From Bryobacterales bacterium (GTDB lineage Bacteria; Acidobacteriota; Terriglobia; Bryobacterales; UBA6623), in the NCBI GenBank assembly GCA_965226185.1, contig CBDDCT010000007.1, forward strand, positions 173,625 to 237,624: 64,000 nt of DNA, written 5' to 3'. Within the stretch, counting starts at the first letter, position 1. Each line of letters starts with the position of its first letter. Of the stretch, positions 10,818-20,956 are shown piece by piece. A program made the translations under genes and the position numbers. A model generated the notes under the pieces. That model ran no database searches. It saw only the letters and a program-made list of their open reading frames with translations, and was not told the origin of the DNA.

Positions 10818-11720
10818 TCAATGTGTCATGGCGTAGACGATATAGTTGATCCCAAAACGGTAGGCGAGCGCCGTCATGGGCTCGGGGTATTCGGGCATGT
10901 CGGCGTGTTCCCAGGCGTCGCCAATATCCATGTTGAAGTTGACGGCGACGAGCAGGCGCCCTTCGTCGTCGTAGATGCCGCGCCAGCGCGGTCCTATTTC
11001 CTGCGGCTCCACGACGATACTGCCGCCGGGACCTCTGCGGAGATGGCGCAGCCCGGGGATCTGCGTACGCTGGTCCAAATCGTAGAGAACGTGCAGCACC
11101 GCGCTCTCCTCGTCGATCTCGACAATCGAGCGTTCGGGAAACACCCGCTTCATCGACTCCCTGAAAACCGACCATTGTTGGGGACCGTAGAAGTCATCCA
11201 CGACCAGAAACCCGCCCCGCAGCAAGTACTCCCGCAGGCGGTCCGTTTCATCGTCACTTAATTGCCAGTAACCGACCTGCGTGGCATAGACCCATGGGTA
11301 GTCGAAAACCCGGTCGTCGGTCAAAGGCACGTGCCGGCCTTCGCCGATATCGATTCCAGTCAAGCGGCGCAGGCCCTGGGCGAAGTGAATCTCGGCGGCG
11401 GGCCAGTCTTGCCTCCACCAGGGCCGGCCGAATCCGCCGCGAGCCCAAGAATGATTGACGTACTCCAGGCGAATGAAATGGAATTCGGCGTTCGTGCCGG
11501 CGCTCGCGGATTGTTCCCAGGTTTGGGTCCACGTTTGGCCCCTGGTTTGGCCCCACGCCTGGCTCCACGTCACGGGAAGCAAGCCTCCAACCCCGAGTGA
11601 AAGCAGCAAAGCGAGGGCTGTGCCGAAACCCACGCGACTCTTGCCCATGAGCTGCATTATAGAGCGGGCGGAGTGCGGGGAGCCGCCAGGCGAGTGGCTG
11701 TAACCGCGGCGTCGAGGCAA
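10818..11720 (-). CDS. DUF4159-like secreted protein
   Basis: Signal-peptide-like N-terminus (MQLMGKSRVGFGTALALLLSLGVGG). The block DYPWVYATQVGYWQLSDDETDRLREYLLRGGFLVVDDFYG resembles DUF4159 family proteins. Confidence 0.55.
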   Translation of the reverse strand: MPRRRGYSHSPGGSPHSARSIMQLMGKSRVGFGTALALLLSLGVGGLLPVTWSQAWGQTRGQTWTQTWEQSASAGTNAEFHFIRLEYVNHSWARGGFGRPWWRQDWPAAEIHFAQGLRRLTGIDIGEGRHVPLTDDRVFDYPWVYATQVGYWQLSDDETDRLREYLLRGGFLVVDDFYGPQQWSVFRESMKRVFPERSIVEIDEESAVLHVLYDLDQRTQIPGLRHLRRGPGGSIVVEPQEIGPRWRGIYDDEGRLLVAVNFNMDIGDAWEHADMPEYPEPMTALAYRFGINYIVYAMTH

Positions 11721-11785
11721 TCGGCACGACGCGGTATGTCAGGACCGCACGAATCATTTGGCGCCCCGTATGATACGATTTACGC

Positions 11786-14773
11786 GTGCGAAAAACCGCT
11801 CTTTGCTTCACTCTCCTGGGCCTGGTGGCGGTCCTGTGCCCGCCGCCTCTCGAATCTCAAACAACACCGGAGGACACCGTTGCCGGCCTGCGCGTGGCCG
11901 ACGGCCTTGAGATCACTTTGTGGGCGGCGGAACCCGATGTCATCAACCCGACCAACCTCGACATTGACGAGCGCGGACGTATCTGGATCACCGAAGCGGT
12001 GAATTATCGCAGGCACCTCTTCCAGCAGCCTGACTACCGGGATGAAGGCGACCGCATCACGATTCTCGAAGATACCGACGGGGACGGCAGGGCCGACAAG
12101 GTGAAAGTCTTCGACCAGGACCCGCGGCTGCGCTCACCGCTGGGCATTGCCGTGCTCGGCGACAGGGTAATCGTTTCACAGTCCCCCGACGTGATTGTCT
12201 ACACCAAGGACGAGGAAGACAACATCGTGAGCCGCGAGGTTTTCCTGACCGGCTGGGGCGGAGAGGACCATGACCACGGCGTTCACGCCATCGTGTACGG
12301 GCCGGACGGCAACTACTACTTCAACAACGGGGACCGCGGCCTGGACGTCACCGACCGCGGCGGGCAACGCGTGGTATCGGGACCCGACGAGAAATACTAC
12401 GGCGGCAGTGCATTGCGAGTGCGACCGGACGGAACGGGACTCGAAATCGTGGGACACAATTTTCGCAACCCTTACGAGCTGACGGTCGATTCTTTCGGCA
12501 ACATATGGCAGTCGGACAACGACGACGACGGCAACGAGTGGGTTCGCATCAATTACGTCATGGAGGGGGGCAACCATGGCTACTGGGGCCCCGGCGGGAA
12601 ACGCTGGCGGGAGGACCGCGGGACCCACTTCCACCAGGAGGATCCTGGCGTCGTTCCGACGCTGCTGAGGACCGGTGCGGGATCGCCTTCTGGAATCACG
12701 ATTTACGAAGGCAATTTACTGCCGAGGCGTTACTGGCGCAAGCCGCTGCATGTCGATAACGGACCGCGCGTGCTGCGCGCCTACCATGTCGAGCGCGCCG
12801 GCGCCGGGTTCCAGGCGTCGATGGAAACGGTTGTCGATGGCGCCGATACGTGGTTCCGTCCCGCTGATTTGGCGGTAGCCCACGATGGAAGCGTGTTCAT
12901 CGCCGACTGGTATGACGCCGTCGTTGGCGGGCATCAAATGAAGGACACCGAGCGCGGGCGCATCTATCGCCTGGCGCCTCCCGGCCACAAAACGCCCAGT
13001 CCAATAGTTGACCTTTCGGCGGCGGGCGGCAGGACCGAAGCGCTGGCTTCTCCCTCGCAGTCGCTGAGGTTCGCGGCGCATTCGAAGTTTCTCGAAATGG
13101 GAGCCGGCGGAGTTGCCGAGCTGGCTGGTTTACTGGACTCCGGCAACAAGATTTTGCGGGCGCGAGTGCTATGGTTGCTCGGCGCGGCGGGTGAACTCGG
13201 ACTTGCGCGGGTGCTCGAGGAGCGAAAATCCAGCGACCCGGAATTCCGTGTGCTGGCCGTTCGCCTTTTGAAGCGCTATCACCCGGATTTTCCCTCGGTC
13301 GTGGAAGCGCTCGCTCGTGATGAAAACCCTCAAGTACGCCGCGAAACAGCTTTAGGTTTGCGTGGTGTTTCGAGCGGCAAAGCCCGCGAACTGTTGGTCG
13401 AGCTGGCGAGCCGGTACGACGGCAAGGACCGCTGGTATTTAGAAGCGGTGGCCATCGGCGCGCAGGGTCAAGAGAACGCCATTTACGACGATCTGCTCGA
13501 AGTCTTTTCGAATTCCTGGAGCGACCGGCTCGGCAGGCTGCTGTGGGTGTTGCGTCCTTCAAAGGCTGTCGAGTTCCTTCAAACGGTGGCCGCGGACGAT
13601 TCGCTCAGCGTGACGGATCGCGTCGGGGCGGTGGAGGCTCTCGGTGCGCAAGCGTCCCCGGAGGTTGGCGTTTTTCTTGCCCGTCTCGCCGCCGGGCAAG
13701 GTCCCGGCCCGCTGCGGGCCAAGGCCGCCGAGAGACTGATCAAACAGATGTTCAGCCAGTGGACTGAGTTGAGGCGATCGGACGTTGTCGTGCCTGCCAT
13801 CCGGGCGGCTTTGAACGTGCCCGCCACCAAGGAGAAAGTTCAAGAAAAAGCGCTCGACCTGGTGGGCGATATGCAGGACACCCGATACAGCGCCGAGGTC
13901 GCCGAGTTGGCGCGTTCGAGTGATTCCAGCGCGGAACTCCGTGCCATGGCGATCGAAACCATGGGAAAACTCGACGGTCCGGCAGCGGCTGAGACGCTGG
14001 AAGAGCTAACCAGCACTGGACCAACCGATTTGCGCCTGGCGGCGGTCCGCGGGTTGGGAGCTCTTGAAGCGAGCCGCTCGGTCCCCAGCTTGAACAAGCT
14101 GCTGCTCAGCGACGCGCCGAACGAGGTTCGCAGCGAGGCCGTTCGCGTGCTGGCCAGGTCGAAGGAAGGCGCCACGCTGTTGCTCGACATGGCGGAGGCC
14201 AGTCGTCTGCCCTCCGCGTTGCGGGCAACCGCGGTCATCGCGGTCAACAGCAACCGTGACGTGCGCGGCCGGGCCCAAAAAGTGTTGCCGATGTTCACGA
14301 CCAAGAGTCAGGAAACGATGCTGAGCCCGCGGGCATTGCTGTTGCGGATGGCGATTCGTCCCGAGCTGGGGAAGAAGGTGTTCTTCGGTGACGGGCAGTG
14401 CTCGACTTGCCACAACACGGCAGGTGGCTCGGAGAAAATGGGCCCCGACCTCGGAACCATCGGCGACAAGATGGGCCGCGCCGCCTTGCTAGACGCGATG
14501 ATCAACCCCAGCGCCGGGATCGCGCCCGAGTACGTGACCTGGATACTGAAGACCAAGCCGGCCGGTGAAGTGCGCGGCATGATCGTGTCGAATAGCGAGG
14601 ACGAGATAACCGTGCGTGAGCTCTCCGGCAACCGGCGCGCTTTCGCCGTCACGGATGTCACAGAGAGAAAGCGGGACCCGGAATCCGCAATGCCCAACTT
14701 GGTTGGCGTGCTCGATGACCAGGATCTGGCCGACCTGGTGGGTTACATGGAGGAGTTGAGGGCGAAGCCGTGA
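11786..14773 (+). CDS. PVC-type heme-binding CxxCH protein (membrane-bound dehydrogenase-like N-domain + HEAT/PBS-lyase repeats + C-terminal cytochrome c)
   Basis: 995 aa with a signal peptide. CSTCH heme motif near the C-terminus and HEAT-like repeats in the middle. Architecture typical of Acidobacteria/PVC genomes. Confidence 0.7.
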   Translation: MRKTALCFTLLGLVAVLCPPPLESQTTPEDTVAGLRVADGLEITLWAAEPDVINPTNLDIDERGRIWITEAVNYRRHLFQQPDYRDEGDRITILEDTDGDGRADKVKVFDQDPRLRSPLGIAVLGDRVIVSQSPDVIVYTKDEEDNIVSREVFLTGWGGEDHDHGVHAIVYGPDGNYYFNNGDRGLDVTDRGGQRVVSGPDEKYYGGSALRVRPDGTGLEIVGHNFRNPYELTVDSFGNIWQSDNDDDGNEWVRINYVMEGGNHGYWGPGGKRWREDRGTHFHQEDPGVVPTLLRTGAGSPSGITIYEGNLLPRRYWRKPLHVDNGPRVLRAYHVERAGAGFQASMETVVDGADTWFRPADLAVAHDGSVFIADWYDAVVGGHQMKDTERGRIYRLAPPGHKTPSPIVDLSAAGGRTEALASPSQSLRFAAHSKFLEMGAGGVAELAGLLDSGNKILRARVLWLLGAAGELGLARVLEERKSSDPEFRVLAVRLLKRYHPDFPSVVEALARDENPQVRRETALGLRGVSSGKARELLVELASRYDGKDRWYLEAVAIGAQGQENAIYDDLLEVFSNSWSDRLGRLLWVLRPSKAVEFLQTVAADDSLSVTDRVGAVEALGAQASPEVGVFLARLAAGQGPGPLRAKAAERLIKQMFSQWTELRRSDVVVPAIRAALNVPATKEKVQEKALDLVGDMQDTRYSAEVAELARSSDSSAELRAMAIETMGKLDGPAAAETLEELTSTGPTDLRLAAVRGLGALEASRSVPSLNKLLLSDAPNEVRSEAVRVLARSKEGATLLLDMAEASRLPSALRATAVIAVNSNRDVRGRAQKVLPMFTTKSQETMLSPRALLLRMAIRPELGKKVFFGDGQCSTCHNTAGGSEKMGPDLGTIGDKMGRAALLDAMINPSAGIAPEYVTWILKTKPAGEVRGMIVSNSEDEITVRELSGNRRAFAVTDVTERKRDPESAMPNLVGVLDDQDLADLVGYMEELRAKP

Positions 14774-14818
14774 GCGGCGCCCAGGAAATGCGGGCTGGTT
14801 TGGCGGTTGGAAAACGGC

Positions 14819-15637
14819 CTACAACGGGAGTCGCCCCAGCCGTCCACTATTGTTGCGGCGGTTCCGGTCCGGGTCCGGGCCGGAGTTGATTTCCACGTTC
14901 ACTCCCGGCTTACGGAGCGCATCGCGAAAAGTCAGCTCTTCGTCAGTGAAGAAAAGGTTTCGGGCAAGCACCATATCGAGCTGAGTGCCTTTTTCGAGAA
15001 TGGCATCAGGTCCGCGCGAAAGCAGCACGCCCGCCAGGCCGGCGGCAGCGCCCGCGGCGGCTCCTACTCCGGCTCCAAAACCTGCCCGCCCCCCCGCCGC
15101 GCCCGCGATTACGCCGATCGACGTACCCGCGGCGGTCGTCTCGCCCACCGTCCGGGCATCGGCGCCTTTATTGCTCTCACTGGTGATCTTGCCCTCGTCG
15201 CGGTCAAAGCCCTCAGGCGAGCGGCCATCCAGCGCTCCCACGCGACCGATCAGGTCTCGAATGATTCCGTTGGGAAGAATCATCTGCTCGAAGCGCAGAA
15301 ACAGCTCGCCGCGTCCCTTGACCCGCCCCGGTCTCTTCGCACTGGTGACGCTGCCCGAAACGTAGGTTCCTGGCGGGATGACGATTCTTCCATCGACCAC
15401 CACGGGGTATACCGACTCTAGGTAGATGCGATCGCCCGGAGCAGCGTGTTTCGTGCTGATGCTGTTGATCAGAACGAGAGGGACGTGCGTGCCTTCTGGA
15501 ATCGTGATACTGGCAGCCGGGGGTTGCTCGCGTTGCTTGAGGCCCTCGGGCTCGGCAGGAGTTTCCGCGCTCTGTTGGGCCATCAGCGCGGCCGCTGTCA
15601 GCACCAATACCAAACCCTCGCTCAAGATTCTTCTCAT
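14819..15637 (-). CDS. TrbI/VirB10-like domain protein with a glycine-zipper segment, secreted
   Basis: IPEGTHVPLVL...PGDRIY...IVIPPGTYVSGSV...GELFLRFEQMILPNGIIRDL...glycine-rich...LEKGTQLDMVLARNLFF parallels the VirB10 C-terminal domain layout. Stand-alone gene. Confidence 0.5.
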   Translation of the reverse strand: MRRILSEGLVLVLTAAALMAQQSAETPAEPEGLKQREQPPAASITIPEGTHVPLVLINSISTKHAAPGDRIYLESVYPVVVDGRIVIPPGTYVSGSVTSAKRPGRVKGRGELFLRFEQMILPNGIIRDLIGRVGALDGRSPEGFDRDEGKITSESNKGADARTVGETTAAGTSIGVIAGAAGGRAGFGAGVGAAAGAAAGLAGVLLSRGPDAILEKGTQLDMVLARNLFFTDEELTFRDALRKPGVNVEINSGPDPDRNRRNNSGRLGRLPL

Positions 15638-15860
15638 AGCGAAAACCCTTTCGACATTGTACCTCTCAGTTCGGTACTCGGCGTGGCGGCATCCGCGGCC
15701 CGAGCAAGCACGCCCCCTGTGTATAGGAACACAGCAAGAGAGATATTGTTGCGCTTGCGGTGATTTTCTTGGGGCGGAATCCAGCCGCTGAGCCGAGTGA
15801 AGGGTGTTGGAGCGATAGAAAACAGGAGCAGAAACCTCTGTTCACGCCCGCGCCCCCAAC

Positions 15861-16841
15861 GTGAGCCTGAAGGTCAAATATTGCCCGGCTGCTACCGGCA
15901 TCATTGGTATAATCGAGGAGTTGCACCACCCCTCCCGTACTTTTCCCCTGACAGCCAGGTCCCCGCTAGTTTTGGCGCTCTTGGTGTGTATTGGGGCCAC
16001 AACGGCTTGCATCGTCCGCACGCGAACGGAAAGAGTGCGTCCCGTTGCTCTGCGAACAGCAACGATCGAGGAATTAACCGAGAAACTGCGGGTCTTCGGC
16101 GGCATTCAAACCATGAAATCGACCGTCGATCTGCGGCTTTCGGTGGCCCTCGATGAGCAGGCGGAAGGGGAAAGGAAGATCCGAGATTTTACGGAAGTTC
16201 GCGGTTTCATCTTGATCCGGCGGCCATCATCGATTCGAATGATCGCGGAGTTGCCTGTCCTCAAAACCAGGGCCTTCGACATGGTCTCGGACGGCAAGAA
16301 TTTCAAGGTTCACATTCCGCAAAAGAAACGTTTTCTCGTGGGGAACGCCGCATCGGAGGCAACGTCGGAGAATAGAGTCGACCGGGTCCGTCCACAGCAT
16401 CTTCTGGAAGCCCTGCTGATTGATCCGCCTCGCGAGAATGAAAAACATCAGTTCCTGGAAAACCTGCTGGAAGGCCGCCACTCTTACCAGATCATCCATT
16501 TGCTGACAAACGGCGCCGCGGGCAAGCTGAACCTTTCCCGCAAGCTGTGGTTTGACCGTGCGGGGTCGGAAATCGTCCGGCAACAAGTGTTCGACGCGAA
16601 GGCTGATTTGGTGACCGACGTCTACTACAGTGAATGGGCGCTGGAAGAGTCGCTGCCGTTTCCGGGAACAATTTTTCTGTCCCGTCCCAAAGATGGCTAT
16701 GAACTTGAAGTTCGAATCACCAAAGCCGGGCTGAACGAAACCATTCCCGAAAGAGCCTTTGTATTGGAACCGCCCAACGGCGTGGACGTCGAACGAATAG
16801 GGGAAGACCCCGAGCAAAACGAAGGAAAGCCTGCCCCATGA
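15861..16841 (+). CDS. putative lipoprotein (LolA-like / outer-membrane lipoprotein-sorting domain guess) upstream of the FtsX-ABC pair
   Basis: Lipobox-like LVLALLVCIGATTAC. Operonic with the following permease (16838) and ATPase genes. Confidence 0.35.
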   Translation: MSLKVKYCPAATGIIGIIEELHHPSRTFPLTARSPLVLALLVCIGATTACIVRTRTERVRPVALRTATIEELTEKLRVFGGIQTMKSTVDLRLSVALDEQAEGERKIRDFTEVRGFILIRRPSSIRMIAELPVLKTRAFDMVSDGKNFKVHIPQKKRFLVGNAASEATSENRVDRVRPQHLLEALLIDPPRENEKHQFLENLLEGRHSYQIIHLLTNGAAGKLNLSRKLWFDRAGSEIVRQQVFDAKADLVTDVYYSEWALEESLPFPGTIFLSRPKDGYELEVRITKAGLNETIPERAFVLEPPNGVDVERIGEDPEQNEGKPAP

Positions 16842-17935
16842 TCAACCACATGGTGGTGCGGAATCTGCTGCACCGGCCTATCCGAACTGCCCTGAGCGTG
16901 CTTGCCGTCGCCGTGGAAGTGGCGATGATCCTGATGATCGTCGGAGTCTCGGAGGGCTTGCTGTGGGAATCACAGCAGCGCAGCCACGGCGTCGGCGCCG
17001 ACATTGTCATTCGCCCGTCCACCAGCAGCGCGGCGATGAGGCTCAGCACGGCCGACATACCCGAGAAGCTGGTGGACAAACTCACGCAAACGTTCCCCGA
17101 AATCGAGATCGCCACCGGGACGACACTGACGTCGTTAGGCAATCTTCAAACGATCACCGGCGTCGACTGGGAACGCTTCGAGCGAATGGCAGGCGGAGTC
17201 CGCTATTTCGAAGGCGGACCCATGGCAGGCGCCTACGACGCCATCGTCGATGAAGTGTTCGCCAAGTACAAGAAAGCCGAGGTCGGAGACAAACTGGACC
17301 TGCTGAACCACGAGTTTCGTATCGCGGGGATCGTCGAGACGGGCAAGATGTCACGGATCTTCATCCCCATCGAGACCATGCAGGAACTGATGGGCTGGCA
17401 GGGACGGCTCAGCCAGGTCTATCTCAAGCTCGATGATCCGGCCGCCACGCAGCAGGTGATCGGGAAGATTCGGGCCTTGCTGCCGACCTACCCCGTCTAT
17501 GCACTCGAGGAACTGCTTTCTCAAGCCTCGGCCGACCTTCGCTCGATGTCGTCGCAATTCATCAACGTCATCATCGGCATCGCGGTGCTCATCGGTTTCA
17601 TGGTGGTGCTGCTGTCGATGTATACGGCGATCCTCGAGCGCACCCGGGAGATCGGAATCCTCAAGTCCATGGGAGCCTCCAGGAGCTATATCATCCGCAT
17701 CGTCATGCGCGAAACAATCATCGTGTGCGCGGCCGGAATCTTGGCAGGCTACGGCTTCAGCTACGGGGCGAAGGCGGCCATCGAAGCTTATTATCCCCTT
17801 GTCACGGTGTTGATCCTGCCGGCATGGCTGTTCTGGGGAGCTGTCATCGCCGTGATCGGATCGCTGCTGGGGGCTTTTTACCCGGCAACCAAAGCGGCCC
17901 GCCAAGATCCCATCGAAGCCCTCGCCTACGACTAA
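16838..17935 (+). CDS. ABC transporter permease, FtsX-like (MacB/LolC-type)
   Basis: 365 aa. N-terminal TM helix, large periplasmic loop and C-terminal FtsX 3-TM block (ILKSMGASRSYIIRIVMRE...). Its start overlaps the upstream gene's stop. Confidence 0.9.
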   Translation: MINHMVVRNLLHRPIRTALSVLAVAVEVAMILMIVGVSEGLLWESQQRSHGVGADIVIRPSTSSAAMRLSTADIPEKLVDKLTQTFPEIEIATGTTLTSLGNLQTITGVDWERFERMAGGVRYFEGGPMAGAYDAIVDEVFAKYKKAEVGDKLDLLNHEFRIAGIVETGKMSRIFIPIETMQELMGWQGRLSQVYLKLDDPAATQQVIGKIRALLPTYPVYALEELLSQASADLRSMSSQFINVIIGIAVLIGFMVVLLSMYTAILERTREIGILKSMGASRSYIIRIVMRETIIVCAAGILAGYGFSYGAKAAIEAYYPLVTVLILPAWLFWGAVIAVIGSLLGAFYPATKAARQDPIEALAYD

Positions 17936-17947
17936 TCGAGACAAAAC

Positions 17948-18628
17948 GTGACTACCGAGCCGATCATTGAAGTCGTCGGACTGACGAAGCTCTACCACAT
18001 GGGGGGCATCGACGTCCCGGCGCTGCGCGGGGTGGACTTCGAAGCCCAACCCGGAGAATTCGTCGCCGTTCTGGGGCCTTCGGGCTCTGGAAAATCCACG
18101 CTATTCCATATCATTGGGGGCCTGACGCCGCCGACTGACGGACATGTCAAAGTCGCCGGAAAGGATTTGGCGGCCATGACCGACTCCCAGCGCACGGCCA
18201 TGCGACGAACGCAAGTGGGCTTTGTTTTCCAGAGATTCAATTTGCTGCCGACGCTCAGCGCCGCCGAGAACATCGCGATCGCAAAAGACATCGCCGGCAA
18301 TCGCAATCAGGATAAGGACTTTGAAGACGTACTCCAAATCCTGGGCATCCGGAATCGCCTTCACCACAAGCCCTACGCCCTCTCAGGCGGCGAACAGCAG
18401 AGGGTGGCGATCGCCCGGGCGATCGTCAATCGCCCGCGGATTCTGCTCGCCGACGAACCCACCGGAAACCTCGACTCCCAAAATTCCGAAACGGTTCTCA
18501 ATACTCTGAAGGAACTCAACCAACGGTTCGGCCAAACCATTCTGATGATCACGCACAACCCCGAGGCGGCAAGCTTTTGCACCCACAGGATGGTGCACAT
18601 GCGCGACGGGCGGATCGTCGACGGATGA
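17948..18628 (+). CDS. ABC transporter ATP-binding protein (MacB/LolD-type)
   Basis: Walker A GPSGSGKST, signature LSGGEQQRVAIARA, Walker B LLADEPTGNLD. Confidence 0.95.
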   Translation: MTTEPIIEVVGLTKLYHMGGIDVPALRGVDFEAQPGEFVAVLGPSGSGKSTLFHIIGGLTPPTDGHVKVAGKDLAAMTDSQRTAMRRTQVGFVFQRFNLLPTLSAAENIAIAKDIAGNRNQDKDFEDVLQILGIRNRLHHKPYALSGGEQQRVAIARAIVNRPRILLADEPTGNLDSQNSETVLNTLKELNQRFGQTILMITHNPEAASFCTHRMVHMRDGRIVDG

Positions 18629-18666
18629 GGGCCGCCGCCGATTGGCATTCGGCAACGCGAAACAGA

Positions 18667-18701
18667 GCCGCGGGCGCGAGCCCGCGGTCAAGACTCATTT
18701 T
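18667..18701 (+). terminator. candidate intrinsic terminator after the ABC operon
   Basis: Perfect GC hairpin gccgcgggc-gcga-gcccgcggt followed by caagactcatttt. Confidence 0.4.
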
Positions 18702-18815
18702 CGCCTGTGCGCCCGTTTGCGCCGCAAGAAGCGAGATTTCGGTGATATCGGGCGATCTCGGCCACACCCTTACGGGTGTGGCTCTGTTGAGGCGAAGGAG
18801 TCGAAGGAGAGATTG

Positions 18816-20048
18816 CTAGAGTAGCCGGAAGTTCACTTCCACATTCGCGCGAACTCTGACCGGGACGTTGTCTTTCTTGCCCGGCACGAACTTCCACTGC
18901 TGCACGGCATCAATGGCCTTTTTGTCGAGACCCAGGCCGAGGCTGCGAATCACGCGGATGTTGTGCGCCTTGCCGTCCTGCCAGACTTCGATCGCCAGGA
19001 CGACCGTTCCCTGATACTTGGCCTTGCGGGCTTCCTCGGAGTATTCGGGCTCGACTTTGTAGGTCAGCCGCGGCGGCGAGACACCCCCGCCAATGCGGAA
19101 GACGCCACCGCCGATACCGCCGCCCGAACCAGGCCCTACGCCGGGTCCGCGGCCCGAGCCGACTCCGGTTCCCCTGCCGCTGCCGATGCCGCCGCCCGAA
19201 CCAGGCCCGGCCGAGGGCGGTCCGATATTGCCGAACGGATCTCCGAACATATTCATGTCAATCCTCGGAGCCTGAGCGTATTCTTGAACGATGACGGTGG
19301 GCTCGACCGAGAGCTTGGGGTCGGGGTTCCTGATGATGGGCGTCGGAGGCGTCAACTGCCTCGAGTCGAACCGAGGCAGCTTGCCTTTGCTTTGCGGCAG
19401 AGGCGAGTTCTGGCCGCCGCCGCCGCCGCCGCCGCTGTCTTTGCCGTCCGGCGGGTTTCTCAGTTCCACCATGTAAGGGGATATGTCAAAGTCCAGAACC
19501 AGGTTGATGGAATCACCGGTGATATCCTGGAGCGGGTTCGCCGCCGATATCAGAAACGCTACTGTCACGATCAAGACATGACTGACGGCCGACGCGGAAA
19601 TACCCTCTCGCTTGTGGTCATAAGCGCCCCAGATGCTCTTTATCGGGAGCGGCTTGGAAGTGAGCTTCAGCGGCGGAAGATTCTTTTGCGCCTTCGCCGT
19701 ACGAATGTAGCGGGGCAGCGATTGAAACCATCCTTCATGGATGGTCGGGAGGACCAGCCTGGCGAGCTTGACTTCATCGTCGCCCCGCATCAGCGGTTTG
19801 CCGCGGTAAACCGGCAGCGGCCGCTGCTTGCCCAGCAGTTCTTTGACCTGCCGCCGGAACGAAGAATACCAGGGCTCGAAAACCGAGTCCGTTAGCAGCG
19901 TTCCGAGCCGGACGTCGGCGGCGGCGCTATTCGAAGCCGTATCCATGGATGTATCCGCCGGGGATGGATCCGCAAGCGGTTCAGTAGCTGCCATAACTCC
20001 GTGTTGGGATTCTTGAGTTTCCGTCAGGTCCGTAGCTGGTGGGGGCAT
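18816..20048 (-). CDS. TonB family energy transducer
   Basis: Pro/Gly-rich linker (PGPGSGGGIGSG...). C-terminal TonB domain PRLTYKVEPEYSEEARKAKYQGTVVLAIEVWQDGKAHNIRVIRSLGLGLDKKAIDAVQQWKFVP. Confidence 0.85.
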   Translation of the reverse strand: MPPPATDLTETQESQHGVMAATEPLADPSPADTSMDTASNSAAADVRLGTLLTDSVFEPWYSSFRRQVKELLGKQRPLPVYRGKPLMRGDDEVKLARLVLPTIHEGWFQSLPRYIRTAKAQKNLPPLKLTSKPLPIKSIWGAYDHKREGISASAVSHVLIVTVAFLISAANPLQDITGDSINLVLDFDISPYMVELRNPPDGKDSGGGGGGGQNSPLPQSKGKLPRFDSRQLTPPTPIIRNPDPKLSVEPTVIVQEYAQAPRIDMNMFGDPFGNIGPPSAGPGSGGGIGSGRGTGVGSGRGPGVGPGSGGGIGGGVFRIGGGVSPPRLTYKVEPEYSEEARKAKYQGTVVLAIEVWQDGKAHNIRVIRSLGLGLDKKAIDAVQQWKFVPGKKDNVPVRVRANVEVNFRLL

Positions 20049-20416
20049 GGCGCGCGTCGAGAGAACTAATTGATTGACGATGCACCGCGCCGGTCCGTTT
20101 CAAGGAATCTCAGTTCCTGGCGGAGATTCCCCGCCAAGCCACACTCTTCCCTACTAATCAATTTACCATGTTAGCCTCAGGTCTCCGGCAATGCTAAGGC
20201 AAGTGGATATGGCCTTGACATTTGTTAATTCCGCGGCCGGATTCGATCGGTGACTGAGACTGCGCTTGAACGGTTTGTAGCGGCGGAGCCCCGACCGTCA
20301 GGGAGGGGTTGCCGCTTGGACGCGCGGAATCCGGCAGCGGCCACGCTCCCTCTTTGGTTGCGGCTCGTCCGCGTTAGGACAATCGGCAGCGCTGGCGGTT
20401 CCAGCGAGAACTTTCC

Positions 20417-20854
20417 TTGAAACGATGTACACGCCGTCGGCATGAGATAATGCCACCGGGATCGAGATCCATGATGACCTCCGCCATCAAACTCGCCGAG
20501 AAATTCGAGCTTTTCAACGATAATTGGACACCGAAGATCGTCGCCTCCGCCAATGGCCAGCTTGTCAAATTGGCGAAGTTCCAGGGTGAATTCGTCTGGC
20601 ACGCTCACGCCGGCGAGGACGAGATATTCTTCATCGTCAAGGGCGCCGTGGTGATTCATCTGCGGGAAGGCGGCCAAGAGCGCCAGGTCCGTTTGGGCGA
20701 GGGCGATTTGTTCGTTGTTCCCCAGGGAGTCGAGCACATGCCGGCCGCCGACGGCGAGGCGCACGTGCTCGTGATCGAACCGGCCGCGACAAAGCACACC
20801 GGGGACTCGCGGACAGACCAAACCGTGGCCGTCGCCGATCAAGAATGGATCTGA
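20417..20854 (+). CDS. cupin domain protein
   Basis: VWHAHAGEDEIFFIVKGAVVIHLREGG...GDLFVVPQGVEHMP cupin motifs. The real start is probably at MMTSAIKL (about 20471). Confidence 0.75.
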   Translation: MKRCTRRRHEIMPPGSRSMMTSAIKLAEKFELFNDNWTPKIVASANGQLVKLAKFQGEFVWHAHAGEDEIFFIVKGAVVIHLREGGQERQVRLGEGDLFVVPQGVEHMPAADGEAHVLVIEPAATKHTGDSRTDQTVAVADQEWI

Positions 20855-20956
20855 CGGCAACCCCGCGCGGCGGTCTCTTGGGCAAGAAGGACAACGAGCC
20901 TGCTGCCCCTGCCATTCGCTGAATTCTTCCTATCAGTTGCATGTTTTCCCCAGGCG

